From a virus: DNA of 64,000 nt. Made by a program: the position numbers and the translations under genes. The stretch spans positions 18,569-82,568 of the IMG/VR virus record IMGVR_UViG_3300031857_000094. One strand, written 5' to 3'. Positions 18,917-28,188 of the stretch are shown in pieces (within the stretch, counting starts at the first letter, position 1; every line of letters starts with the position of its first letter). Under the pieces are notes generated by a model that saw only the letters and a program-made list of their open reading frames with translations, had not been told where the DNA came from and ran no database searches.

Positions 18917-20332
18917 TCAGGCGGTCGTAATAGCTGTATTCGCTCTTGCTGCTTCGATAGCTTCGTCTTCCTCAATAATAGCCAACGCTTCTAGAACTGG
19001 AGTTGTAGGCTTGATTCGTGGATGCTTCTTAACTAGATCCTGATATGAATACTTAGTGAGCTTGCTATAGTCAACTTGACTCAATAGCTCCTGAGTTTCC
19101 TTTTCGATCTTAGCACTGATTTCCAATCTTCTCTTTTCCTGCAACTGAGTTGTAGTATTACGACCGTATCCACCTGAACCCCAGTTAACTGTATTAGCAT
19201 TACCATTTAGCTTTTGATTGTAGGAAGTTTTAGCAGCAGAGTCAGCTGTAAGATTCGTTTGCGGCGCGATAGTAGAACGGATTCCCATGAACTGTGACAA
19301 AGGCTGCTTGAGTGTAGCCATAGCAGATCCAGCAGCAGCTTCTGCGAACAGATTTTTAAGTTGCACTGGCGGCTTTGGTTTAGGAGGATTAGCTGTTTTC
19401 AGCGGCTTCATTGCGTCAAGAACTGGTGTGATACCTGGAGCGGATAGCATCTTAATCGCTCCTCCAGCCATAACCATATTAGGAACCATGCTCTTAATGT
19501 TAAATCCCTTACCCCCAAGCGCACCAGCGATTGCTCCAGCCACCATATTAGATGCTAGTTTGTTTACGTTGATCATCGGGAATGTGCGAGCGATGTATGC
19601 AGCTTGAGCCGCAAACGCAGCTGCATTACCTGCAACAGCAGCAAGATTCGCGACTTCGGACTGTAGATTAACAGCTTTAGCAAGCTCTCCTACACCAGGA
19701 ATGTCGGATAGGAAATTACCTTTAACTGCTGCGAAGATAAGTGACGCTGGTCCTTTGACGGCTACATCAAGCAACGTTTTAACTGCTACGATTTGATTTA
19801 CGATATTGGCTGCTCCACCAACATTAAATGGAAGCTGCTTGGTTACGTTTCCGATAACAGCTTTAACTGCTTGAACTGGCGCATCTAATCCAGGCGGAAG
19901 GAAGTTACTAGCTAGACCAGCGACTGCTCCTACAGCTCCGCCCGCAAGAGCACCTTTAATTGCGCTTTCAATTTGATTTTTTGATGTGTATTGGGGCCCG
20001 CAGAAGGGATCATTAACAGCAGCCAATGCACCATACAGCGCTCCACCAATCGCTCCACCCAACACGCCATCAACGTCTCCTGTGAGAGCTGCTATTAGGC
20101 TTGGATCCATTTGATACACTGGAGGAACAAATCCTAACGGATCACTCAGCATAAGTGAAACGTTGCGTGTATCTACCAGATCGACGTAGCCGCGTGACAA
20201 ATCGTCCAACTGATCTACAATAAGATCAAGCCCAGTATACTGAACTTGTTTACCACATAAAACGAATACGTCTCCTGGAACAACATTAGGATAACGCATT
20301 CTTAGTCGAGTGTCAATCTGTAGCTGATCCAT
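18917..20332 (-). CDS. Hypothetical Ala/Gly-rich protein in the baseplate cluster
   Basis: 471 aa ORF with AGGA RBS; no recognised motif. Confidence 0.65.
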   Translation of the reverse strand: MDQLQIDTRLRMRYPNVVPGDVFVLCGKQVQYTGLDLIVDQLDDLSRGYVDLVDTRNVSLMLSDPLGFVPPVYQMDPSLIAALTGDVDGVLGGAIGGALYGALAAVNDPFCGPQYTSKNQIESAIKGALAGGAVGAVAGLASNFLPPGLDAPVQAVKAVIGNVTKQLPFNVGGAANIVNQIVAVKTLLDVAVKGPASLIFAAVKGNFLSDIPGVGELAKAVNLQSEVANLAAVAGNAAAFAAQAAYIARTFPMINVNKLASNMVAGAIAGALGGKGFNIKSMVPNMVMAGGAIKMLSAPGITPVLDAMKPLKTANPPKPKPPVQLKNLFAEAAAGSAMATLKQPLSQFMGIRSTIAPQTNLTADSAAKTSYNQKLNGNANTVNWGSGGYGRNTTTQLQEKRRLEISAKIEKETQELLSQVDYSKLTKYSYQDLVKKHPRIKPTTPVLEALAIIEEDEAIEAARANTAITTA

Positions 20333-20338
20333 GTTATC

Positions 20339-20407
20339 CTAAAATTGTGCAGGTGTAATCGGTTTGATTGGTTGATTTATTGGTTCTTCTTTCTTTTCGT
20401 CAGACAT
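20339..20407 (-). CDS. Possible 22-aa peptide MSDEKKEEPINQPIKPITPAQF
   Basis: Strong AAGGAG RBS; fills the intergenic gap. Confidence 0.4.
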   Translation of the reverse strand: MSDEKKEEPINQPIKPITPAQF

Positions 20408-20424
20408 AATTAATCTCCTTATTT

Positions 20425-21315
20425 TTATGATGGATAAAATCCACCTATGCCAGGGATAAGTCCAGCAGTATCGATCTTAGAACCATCATCCGTTTCAACG
20501 AGTAATTTACCGCCAGCGCCAATACGAACGTCGTGATCTTTCGAAAAGATGCCAGCTTTGTATCCTGAAGCGGCCATCAAGGCTCCGCCACTACCACTGC
20601 TTATGATATTAATAGCATATTCATCTCGAATAAATGTTCCTAATTTAGCGTTTGACTGTATCTGTGATTCTGACTTTAAACTCATAATATCAGCAGAAGC
20701 GATACCCATCTGACCCCCAGAGCCAAATCCCATACCGCCTGCCGATACAACTTGATGCTCGCCACCAGTGAGCGTTGCGTTATGTGAAGCTACGATCTGT
20801 GTGTTTTCGCCACCAATCGTTTGTTTATTATCCGATCCAACAGACTCCGTATTATTTCCACCAGTAATTGTTTCACGATCGCCAGATGTACGATGCGAAG
20901 TCTTACCGTTGACTTGAACGCGCTGATCACCACCAAACTCCATGATATTTTTGCCAGCAGCTTTTACCTTAAAGTCCCCGTGAGTAACGATCTCGTAATC
21001 ACCGCGAACTTCATGTTTCAATTTTCCTGTAACGTGCATGCAAACGTCACCAGCAATAATTACGCTGAAGTTTCCAGTAACAACTTGATCTATACCTTTA
21101 TTGAAGATCTGTTGTTCTTTTCCTTCTACCTTCGTAATTCTAACGCCGTCATCTTTAATTTCAATGCGCGTTCCTGAAGCGTGACGAATATTAATACGCC
21201 TATCACCAGGCGTGTTATCGTATTCGACCATGTGACCAGCTTCTGTGGTTACAACATGATTTCCTAGATATTGGGATTTTTTCCCGCCTGGATCTTCTTC
21301 GTTAATTTTTGCCAT
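20425..21315 (-). CDS. gp5: gp5 C-terminal part (beta-helix spike)
   Basis: T.AGH..EYDNTPG.RRI.IRH.SGT motif and 8-residue VxGxxxxx repeats. Confidence 0.8.
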   Translation of the reverse strand: MAKINEEDPGGKKSQYLGNHVVTTEAGHMVEYDNTPGDRRINIRHASGTRIEIKDDGVRITKVEGKEQQIFNKGIDQVVTGNFSVIIAGDVCMHVTGKLKHEVRGDYEIVTHGDFKVKAAGKNIMEFGGDQRVQVNGKTSHRTSGDRETITGGNNTESVGSDNKQTIGGENTQIVASHNATLTGGEHQVVSAGGMGFGSGGQMGIASADIMSLKSESQIQSNAKLGTFIRDEYAINIISSGSGGALMAASGYKAGIFSKDHDVRIGAGGKLLVETDDGSKIDTAGLIPGIGGFYPS

Positions 21316-21328
21316 AATTTATCCTATC

Positions 21329-22111
21329 CTATACTAAACTACCAAATGTTGAGTTTGTAGGCAGATTATCAGTATTAACTCCTGTCGTGCCTACAACAGC
21401 GTCAGATAATGCTTGCGTTTCTTGCTGTGCCTTTTGTACATCGCCTAACAAATCTTGAGCTTGATCAGCTGATCCTAATGTCAAATCATATGTATCTTCT
21501 GCATCATCGCTTCCATCTGTAGCTCTAAACGCATGTTTTCCTGGTGGCAATGCTGCATCTTTTACTTTTGTTTTTTGATCGCTCGTTGGTCTAGGATCTT
21601 CAGACCTTTCTTCATTACCAGCAGCAAGAAGCGTGGTTGATGATTGATCGTCGAGCGTAGGATGAACAGAGGGAAGTGGCGTTAGTCCATTCTTTCCGCC
21701 AAACAGCAGATTAATCGAGTTCATTAATAAACTAAGTCTAGCATATCGCTGGCGCAAATTATATTGCTGCTGAGAAGCTGATTTTCTTGTAGGCGGCGCA
21801 GTAATAATAAGCTCATTGACTGTATCGTCAGAAGCAATGATTTGATTTGTTGCGATATCGTATACGATAGCCTCTACGTCATACGTTCCTGGATATAGCG
21901 GAGAGTCAAAACGCAGCTTCCACTCATTGGGCGTTTTCGTTTCGTCTAGTCCAAGATTACCTTCGAACAGTCGATATGGAACATAGTTCACATAGACTTC
22001 AATCGACTCCTTCGCTTTTCCAGGCGCACTGAAACGCTGGAACTCTACGGTCCCTGTGAGCGTGGGAGTAGTATTAGAAGTCGTAAGTTTCTTTACGGTT
22101 ATTTTAGCCAT
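21329..22111 (-). CDS. Hypothetical protein with an N-terminal Ig-like domain, lying between the gp5 halves
   Basis: TSNTTPTLTGT...W......PL.PGTYDVEA resembles bacterial Ig-like repeats. Confidence 0.5.
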   Translation of the reverse strand: MAKITVKKLTTSNTTPTLTGTVEFQRFSAPGKAKESIEVYVNYVPYRLFEGNLGLDETKTPNEWKLRFDSPLYPGTYDVEAIVYDIATNQIIASDDTVNELIITAPPTRKSASQQQYNLRQRYARLSLLMNSINLLFGGKNGLTPLPSVHPTLDDQSSTTLLAAGNEERSEDPRPTSDQKTKVKDAALPPGKHAFRATDGSDDAEDTYDLTLGSADQAQDLLGDVQKAQQETQALSDAVVGTTGVNTDNLPTNSTFGSLV

Positions 22112-22112
22112 A

Positions 22113-22508
22113 TTACTTCTTTACGTTCGATCCAGATCCAGGCGCATTATCGCCAATATTCTTTTTCGTTTGAACATGTGGAAGCGATCCAATAATTACT
22201 GGAATCTGCTCGCCGTCATCATCCATAAAAAATCCTACGACTTTACTGTTCTCGACTAATCCTGTAGGACTGCATCCCGTTCCGCTAATGCTTGCTGAAG
22301 TCGTTGGAGTCATAACATACGCCCAAGGAAGTTCTTTTGTTGGGAGTTTGCTTTTATCTTCCGTATGTCTTCCGTGAATGCGAATCTTTACGCGCCCAAT
22401 CTTCAGCTCATCTTTCTCACCTGAGAACTGTCCTGTGCCACGATCTTCAACAGTGGCGATAAACCACTTCAAACCGCTCTGACCAACCATTGATTTGAAT
22501 AGTGACAT
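22113..22508 (-). CDS. gp5: gp5 N-terminal OB-fold as a stand-alone gene
   Basis: WFIATVEDR..GRVKIRIHG.H..LPWA and VVGFFMD...Q.PVIIGSL. Confidence 0.85.
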   Translation of the reverse strand: MSLFKSMVGQSGLKWFIATVEDRGTGQFSGEKDELKIGRVKIRIHGRHTEDKSKLPTKELPWAYVMTPTTSASISGTGCSPTGLVENSKVVGFFMDDDGEQIPVIIGSLPHVQTKKNIGDNAPGSGSNVKK

Positions 22509-23776
22509 TAAGAAGCTACTCCAGAAGGTGATGATTGTTTATTGGCGTGAGAGTCAGACTTACACTCAAGAATGCAGTTATATTTAACGTCCTGCACTTC
22601 TTTATATAGCACGTGTCGGACTGACGTTACGAGGAACGTTCCCGAGCGGGGATCAAGTGAAGTGCCGTCTTGGTTAGATGGAATATTCAATTTAATTTTA
22701 ATTCCAGGTTTCAGTGAAGTATCACCAGGAACGCGAACGTTCATAATGAGATTGTCTAACTGCAATGCAGCCGACGATTGTGCGGCGTGTTCTGGAAGAG
22801 TGCGCTTATATTCTACAGCCTTGGGATCGCGCGCTTTTACGAATCCGCTATCCTTTGCTGATGCGCCTGGTGCAACGATGAAGGAACGAACAGCGCCAGT
22901 CTCAGATTTTTTATCTTCAGTCAGTGTATCTTTTCCTGTATGATTTCCCTCACCAGCGCCATCGCGCTTGCCTTTCTTAGGAACTGAGTCGATTTTTCCT
23001 ACGAGCGGATCATAATAATAAACATGCTCTGACTCAGCACCATTTTCAGTTGATTCATTTCTATTAAAATCTTTTGCCTGATCGAACGAGATAATATTCT
23101 TTGATTCGTCTGACGCTCCTGCGCTTCCGATATTCTGACTGGCGTATGCGAACGTTGCTGTCTCAGATCCCTTGAGCATAGCGTCGATTGTCTTGAAGTG
23201 ATATCCATCGCGATCTTGCCAATACAGATAGTTCGACGCTTTGGATTCGGAAGACATACCTTCCTTAGCAGCCCAACGAATCGCAGTCGTGGGAGAGCGA
23301 CCAGTTCCAACGTAGCTCTGATTCCCCTGCGTTTCTTCGTTAGTGACTAGATCTTTTTTAATTGTATTTGTTTCTTTTACATAATCATCATGCCATTCTT
23401 TCACCATCTCAGATATCTTTTTGCCGTTATATGCTTTCGCGATATCCTTACGGTGATTATCAATCATTTCTTGGGGAACGCCGACGATGAGATACATATC
23501 GAGATTATCTTTCGCACGAATGCGATCCGTGACGCGCTCGACCTTGAATTTCATACGGATTGATTCGCCTTTGCGAGCAGCGAAGTTGATAGATATTTCC
23601 TCGCCGCCCTTCAGCTTCGCGCGCTCGTGGAATCCGCTACCATCGGATAGCGTAATATTGCACGATGCTGCTGTCGAGTAAACGCTCTCGAAATAATCTA
23701 GCTGAGTGACAAGGTTTTTAATATCGACGTTGTCAACCGTGCACTCATTAAATATACCGCCGCCTACATCACTCAT
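22508..23776 (-). CDS. Baseplate hub protein (gp27-like)
   Basis: YFESVYS, YLYWQDRDGYHFKTID, VPGD..LKPG and SGTFLVTSVRH motifs; lies between gp53 and gp5. Confidence 0.7.
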   Translation of the reverse strand: MSDVGGGIFNECTVDNVDIKNLVTQLDYFESVYSTAASCNITLSDGSGFHERAKLKGGEEISINFAARKGESIRMKFKVERVTDRIRAKDNLDMYLIVGVPQEMIDNHRKDIAKAYNGKKISEMVKEWHDDYVKETNTIKKDLVTNEETQGNQSYVGTGRSPTTAIRWAAKEGMSSESKASNYLYWQDRDGYHFKTIDAMLKGSETATFAYASQNIGSAGASDESKNIISFDQAKDFNRNESTENGAESEHVYYYDPLVGKIDSVPKKGKRDGAGEGNHTGKDTLTEDKKSETGAVRSFIVAPGASAKDSGFVKARDPKAVEYKRTLPEHAAQSSAALQLDNLIMNVRVPGDTSLKPGIKIKLNIPSNQDGTSLDPRSGTFLVTSVRHVLYKEVQDVKYNCILECKSDSHANKQSSPSGVAS

Positions 23777-24366
23777 CTTACAAACGTGCCTTCTTCAAAG
23801 ATATATGGGTGCTGTTCTTTAATCAGCTGCAGATAGTTCAAGTCAATTAAATATATGTGACGTCTTTGCTCATTTAAATTGTTTTCATAATCAAACACAG
23901 AAACAGATTTTCTTTTATCTGCTGCCAGCGTGAGATATGTGGTATAGTCCACTTCTAATGTTCTTTCAGGCAAAATGCGCTGAATGCCGTTCTCAACAAT
24001 CAATCCTTGTGACTGCAAAATCTGCTCGTAATGATGAACAGTTTGATAAGCATTTCGAACGGTGCCATATTTTTGAGCAAGATAGGAATTGAACTGCTCA
24101 TAGGAAAGTGGCCACTCATAATATGGATCATGAATTTCGTTGGCTAACAGAATCAGCCAGTCCATAGTTTCATCGTCGTAATAATCGTATGCTACTGTAT
24201 CTGGACGCTCGCCATCCTGAACATAGTATTCGTCGAAGTTAACTCCAGCGTTTCTTACGAAATTAGCCACAGAAAATCTACGAGTGATATCTGTCACTGC
24301 AATAGTTTGCTTCGTTCCAGGAATGCGATAGGGAATAGTAGGATGGGCTCTAAAATAAAATGCCAT
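23773..24366 (-). CDS. gp53: Baseplate wedge subunit
   Basis: Y.VQDGERPD.VAYDYY...WLILLANEIHDPYYEWPLS. Confidence 0.9.
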   Translation of the reverse strand: MAFYFRAHPTIPYRIPGTKQTIAVTDITRRFSVANFVRNAGVNFDEYYVQDGERPDTVAYDYYDDETMDWLILLANEIHDPYYEWPLSYEQFNSYLAQKYGTVRNAYQTVHHYEQILQSQGLIVENGIQRILPERTLEVDYTTYLTLAADKRKSVSVFDYENNLNEQRRHIYLIDLNYLQLIKEQHPYIFEEGTFVR

Positions 24367-25494
24367 TTATCTTCCCTCTTGTTCTGGATTTAGTCGAGGT
24401 AAGGATCCATCCATTGTGCTAGGAACATTATCTGCTCTTCTATGCTGTATGATATTTTCTCTTCCAACTGGAGCAGGTGGTGTTGGCTGATTGCGAAGTC
24501 CTCTCGTAAGAGTATTCTTCGTGATAACTTCCGTTTCCTTAAATGATAGTGACAGAGTAACTTCTGCTGGAGCAGGAATACCACTGCCGTCAGCGTCACG
24601 AATATATGCTGGGAATCCCTGTCCGTGATAGTCGATACGAACGTCGGTACATACTGATGGCTCAAGCTCGAACAGATATGATGGATGACGGAATTTAATT
24701 TTAAAGAACTCAGGATATTTAAAGAATAATCCACCAGCGAGATATTCTGGATGCGAGTAAAACTTAAACATCTCGCAAATTAAATGAATATCATTTGATT
24801 CTTTTCTGCTTCGTGGAGATAGTTTCCAGCTGAACGTATGATCGCGGAAGCCAACGCCTGTGAATAATACAACCTTATGTGGATTAACCGCTACGCCGCC
24901 TAGCACTTTTAGTGCAGCATTTACGCCTTCAGCGCCGACACCAGGAATAGAAGCGGCTTTAGTGGCTGCTACAGTTGTTGCTAGGCCTGCGGCTCCATTT
25001 TGTGCAGCCGTTGCTATTGCGCTACTGGCTGTTCCCATCTGTGCTTCTGTTTCCAGATCGCGATTTCCATACATGTTGCGATCAAATGGTTTTAGTGCTG
25101 CACCAGCCGCTGGTCCTAAATCTTGCTCAGTATATTGTGGATTATAATCTGTAGATAAGCTGGAGGGCATTGGCAGTCGAATCGTGCCGCCATTAATTAT
25201 ACTTCCTCTAGCTCCAGGCAGACTGCTAGCAATAACATCCGTCGCGAAACCTTTTGTTTCTTGCGCAACGAATTCAATCCAGTGATCGTTATCAACTAGA
25301 TCTTCTGGAAACTGAACAGAGGCACCAGCATATGGATCTGCTGTTGAAGCAGATTTACCCATAAGAGAATAAAGCGAAGCGCCTGCAGCTATAGCTAGTC
25401 CAACACCACCAACAATTCTTGCTTTGTCTGCTACGCTGATTCTATCGTTTCTGAGGTTTCTGCTGCTACCGCTTGTTCTTGGTGCTCTTGCCAT
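24367..25494 (-). CDS. gp48: Baseplate tail-tube cap
   Basis: I.LPMPS.L, NP...LF.GV.FR..TFSWKLSPRS..ES and YPEFF.I motifs. Confidence 0.85.
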   Translation of the reverse strand: MARAPRTSGSSRNLRNDRISVADKARIVGGVGLAIAAGASLYSLMGKSASTADPYAGASVQFPEDLVDNDHWIEFVAQETKGFATDVIASSLPGARGSIINGGTIRLPMPSSLSTDYNPQYTEQDLGPAAGAALKPFDRNMYGNRDLETEAQMGTASSAIATAAQNGAAGLATTVAATKAASIPGVGAEGVNAALKVLGGVAVNPHKVVLFTGVGFRDHTFSWKLSPRSRKESNDIHLICEMFKFYSHPEYLAGGLFFKYPEFFKIKFRHPSYLFELEPSVCTDVRIDYHGQGFPAYIRDADGSGIPAPAEVTLSLSFKETEVITKNTLTRGLRNQPTPPAPVGRENIIQHRRADNVPSTMDGSLPRLNPEQEGR

Positions 25495-25518
25495 TAAAAT
25501 CCCTTTCGTGAGATACAT

Positions 25519-25526
25519 TATTTATA
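25519..25526 (-). promoter_or_regulatory. T4-type late promoter TATAAATA driving the gp48-baseplate operon
   Basis: Exact consensus in the divergent intergenic region. Confidence 0.75.
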
Positions 25527-25543
25527 TTGAAATACATAGAGTC

Positions 25544-25987
25544 ATGGCAGCATATAGAGGTAGATTTCAACCGAAGAATCCCAGTAAGTATAAGGGCGAT
25601 CCTACGAATATCGTTTATAGATCTTCGTGGGAGTTGCGCTTTATGAACTATCTGGACAGCAATCCCAATGTTATTCAGTGGGCTTCTGAAGAATTATTCA
25701 TTCCATATAAATCTCCGCTCGATGGTAAGTGGCATCGCTATTTCCCTGACTTCATTATTCGTATGAGAGATAAGGACGGAAAAACGCTCGTGAAGATGAT
25801 TGAGATCAAACCGCGCTCTCAGTCTGTTCCTCCACAACCAAAAGCCAAAGGCGCGCACAGCAAGAAGTATCTACGAGAGGTGGCGACATTCGGAATAAAT
25901 AGTGCTAAGTGGCACGCAGCGAAAGAATATTGCGCTGACCGTAACTGGGAATTCGTCGTACTCACAGAAAAAGAATTAGGGATTTAA
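25544..25987 (+). CDS. gp4: Head completion protein (TnsA-like nuclease fold)
   Basis: AYRGRFQPKNPSKYKGDPTNIVYRSSWE, HRYFPDF and EIKP motifs; start reassigned. Confidence 0.92.
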   Translation: MAAYRGRFQPKNPSKYKGDPTNIVYRSSWELRFMNYLDSNPNVIQWASEELFIPYKSPLDGKWHRYFPDFIIRMRDKDGKTLVKMIEIKPRSQSVPPQPKAKGAHSKKYLREVATFGINSAKWHAAKEYCADRNWEFVVLTEKELGI

Positions 25988-26598
25988 TGGTCGCTTACGT
26001 TTTTGATAGAGTATTACAGCGAGGATCGCAAGCGGGTGTGGCTCCGTCAATTAAACGCGAGTCGCGTCAGTGGTTCCGTCAGCAGACTAAGAATTTAACT
26101 GTTAGTCCTACTCGCATGATTCGCAGCGATCGCACAAGATTAACGGATAAGCCGCTACTAGGTCGCATGTATCTGTTTCAGTATGATCCTAAAGGAAAGA
26201 AAACATTACCTTACTATGATAGATTTCCTCTTGTTTTTCCGATCGATTCTACACGCACCAGTGGATTTGCCAATAGTGGAGGATCGTTCTTGGGAATTAA
26301 TCTCCACTATCTACCGCTCCCTCTTAGAGCCAGATTAATGGATGCGCTGTATGATACGATCACAACAAAAGAATTAGACGAGAGCACTCGTATTCGTATC
26401 TCATATAATATTCTACAGCAAGCGAGCAAGTATCGTTTCTTCAAGCCTTGCATCAAGAGATATCTTATCTCTCACGTTAAATCTAGATTCTTTTATATCG
26501 AGCCGACTGAATGGGAAATGGCATTATTCTTACCGCTCGATAGATTTGTCGGAGCTAATATGTCGCGTATCTATCGCGACAGTCGTAACAGGATCTAA
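25987..26598 (+). CDS. gp2: DNA end protector protein
   Basis: YDPK.K.TLPYYDRFPL and GINLHYLP motifs. Confidence 0.92.
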   Translation: MVAYVFDRVLQRGSQAGVAPSIKRESRQWFRQQTKNLTVSPTRMIRSDRTRLTDKPLLGRMYLFQYDPKGKKTLPYYDRFPLVFPIDSTRTSGFANSGGSFLGINLHYLPLPLRARLMDALYDTITTKELDESTRIRISYNILQQASKYRFFKPCIKRYLISHVKSRFFYIEPTEWEMALFLPLDRFVGANMSRIYRDSRNRI

Positions 26599-26600
26599 CA

Positions 26601-27284
26601 ATGCCATTTAATATCGCAGATTTCAACTCAGAAATAGCACGATCAGGTATCGCTTCGACATCACAATTCGAAGCATGGATTCTTGGTGGACCTGGATCGC
26701 GTTATGGCATAACTGGAATTCTCGAGCAGTATGGATTGAAAGAAGGAATGCGCCTTCGTATCGAAGCAGCGAATATGCCAGGACGTCAGCTCGTCACGCT
26801 GGATCAAAACTATTATGGGCCTGTTCGTCGTATTCCGTATCGCTTTAACAATCAGCCAGTCACGCTCTCAGTCATTCTATCCAAAGACATGCGCGAGCGC
26901 GAGATCTTTATGAAGTGGCAGGATTTCTTTGTCGGTCACTATCGTACGAACGTAAATCGCTCGAATATGGCTGGAATGTTTGATGGAAAATACTTTAATG
27001 ATGGAGTCGGTAGCATCGACATCGTTCAGTATTCTTATCCAAATAATAATGGTGGATACGGATATTATTTCGAATCTGAGGGCGGAACGTATGAAGTTCA
27101 GAATGTGATTACGCTCGTAGAAGCATACCCAGTCAATGTCAACGATATTCAGATGTCGTGGAACGATGAGGGATATGGTAAGCTACAAGTGGAAATCAAT
27201 TATCGTTATGCTATCGAAGATAATACAAACTTTGGAAGTGGTAAGAATTACGAGATCGATCGCGCTGGTCGTGGAAGATATTAA
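26601..27284 (+). CDS. Tail tube initiator / tube-like protein (gp54/gp19-like)
   Basis: NMPGRQL, F.KWQD and L.EAYPVNV..IQMSW motifs. Confidence 0.7.
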   Translation: MPFNIADFNSEIARSGIASTSQFEAWILGGPGSRYGITGILEQYGLKEGMRLRIEAANMPGRQLVTLDQNYYGPVRRIPYRFNNQPVTLSVILSKDMREREIFMKWQDFFVGHYRTNVNRSNMAGMFDGKYFNDGVGSIDIVQYSYPNNNGGYGYYFESEGGTYEVQNVITLVEAYPVNVNDIQMSWNDEGYGKLQVEINYRYAIEDNTNFGSGKNYEIDRAGRGRY

Positions 27285-27301
27285 TTAAATTGAGGTGAAT
27301 T

Positions 27302-28009
27302 ATGGCATTACCTAAGGTTGCGACTCCACGCTTTTCGCTGGAGCTACCGTCTAATGGAAAAAGAGTATCGTTTAGATCATTCTTGGTGAAGGAAGAAAAA
27401 GTATTGCTGATGGCCGCTCAGTCGGAAGATCCGTTGGCTATGATTGATGCAGTGAAGGATGTTATTGCGTCGTGTATCGTTGATGATCTCGATGTTAATA
27501 AGCTGCCCTACTTTGATCTGGAATATCTGTTTCTGAATATTCGCGCCAAGTCTATCGGCGAAATCGTCAAGATGGAGTATCGTCATATCGACGGCGTGAA
27601 CTATCAGGGAATTAAATGCGAAGCGGTGACGCCCGTAGAGATTAATCTAGAGCAGGTCAAGGTTCAACGCGGCGAAGGACATACGAGCAAAGTCAAGCTC
27701 GACGATAGACTAGGAATTGAACTGAGATATCCTACGATTAATGACGTCAAGCTGATCACGGGTGGTAATGACGAGATCGAAATGCTAGCTCGTTGCATTC
27801 TTAGCGTATATGACGCGAATGATGTGTATGAGCCAGATAATCTACAGGATGCAGTTCAGTTCGTTGAGTCGTTGAATTCAAATCAGTTCGCTGAGATTAT
27901 GAAGTTTATTGACACGATGCCCAAGCTAAGACACACATTTAAATATAAGTGCAAGGGATGTGGACAGGAAGATACCATTACGCTGGAGGGTATGTCTGAT
28001 TTTTTTTAA
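27302..28009 (+). CDS. gp26: Baseplate hub assembly / tail chaperone
   Basis: MALPK, RSFLVKEEKVLLMA, FDLEYLFLNIRAKSIGE and CxxC..LEG..DFF. Confidence 0.9.
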   Translation: MALPKVATPRFSLELPSNGKRVSFRSFLVKEEKVLLMAAQSEDPLAMIDAVKDVIASCIVDDLDVNKLPYFDLEYLFLNIRAKSIGEIVKMEYRHIDGVNYQGIKCEAVTPVEINLEQVKVQRGEGHTSKVKLDDRLGIELRYPTINDVKLITGGNDEIEMLARCILSVYDANDVYEPDNLQDAVQFVESLNSNQFAEIMKFIDTMPKLRHTFKYKCKGCGQEDTITLEGMSDFF

Positions 28010-28185
28010 TGATCCTCTCTCATAATACGCTTGCGAACTATTATCAGACTAACTTTTCGTTGATGCAATACCACAAATATTCACTGAGTGACGTTGAAAC
28101 AATGGTTCCGTGGGAGAGGGATATCTACGTTAAGATGCTGGTAGATTATCTAGAGAAGCTGGAAGAAGAATCTAAGAGAAGGTAA
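28009..28185 (+). CDS. gp51: Baseplate hub assembly catalyst (58 aa; not in the ORF track), probably also a -1 frameshift extension of gp26
   Basis: NYYQTNFSLMQYHKYSLSDVETMVPWERDIYV. Confidence 0.85.
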   Translation: MILSHNTLANYYQTNFSLMQYHKYSLSDVETMVPWERDIYVKMLVDYLEKLEEESKRR

Positions 28186-28188
28186 TAA

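Noticed and set aside
25424-25543. Signal-peptide-like N-terminal extension on gp4
   Set aside because: Arises from an upstream TTG overlapping gp48 on the opposite strand; the conserved protein starts at ATG 25544
27980-28009. gp26 C-terminal SDFF as another clamp-binding motif
   Set aside because: Better explained by the T-run slippery site and the conserved gp26 ending
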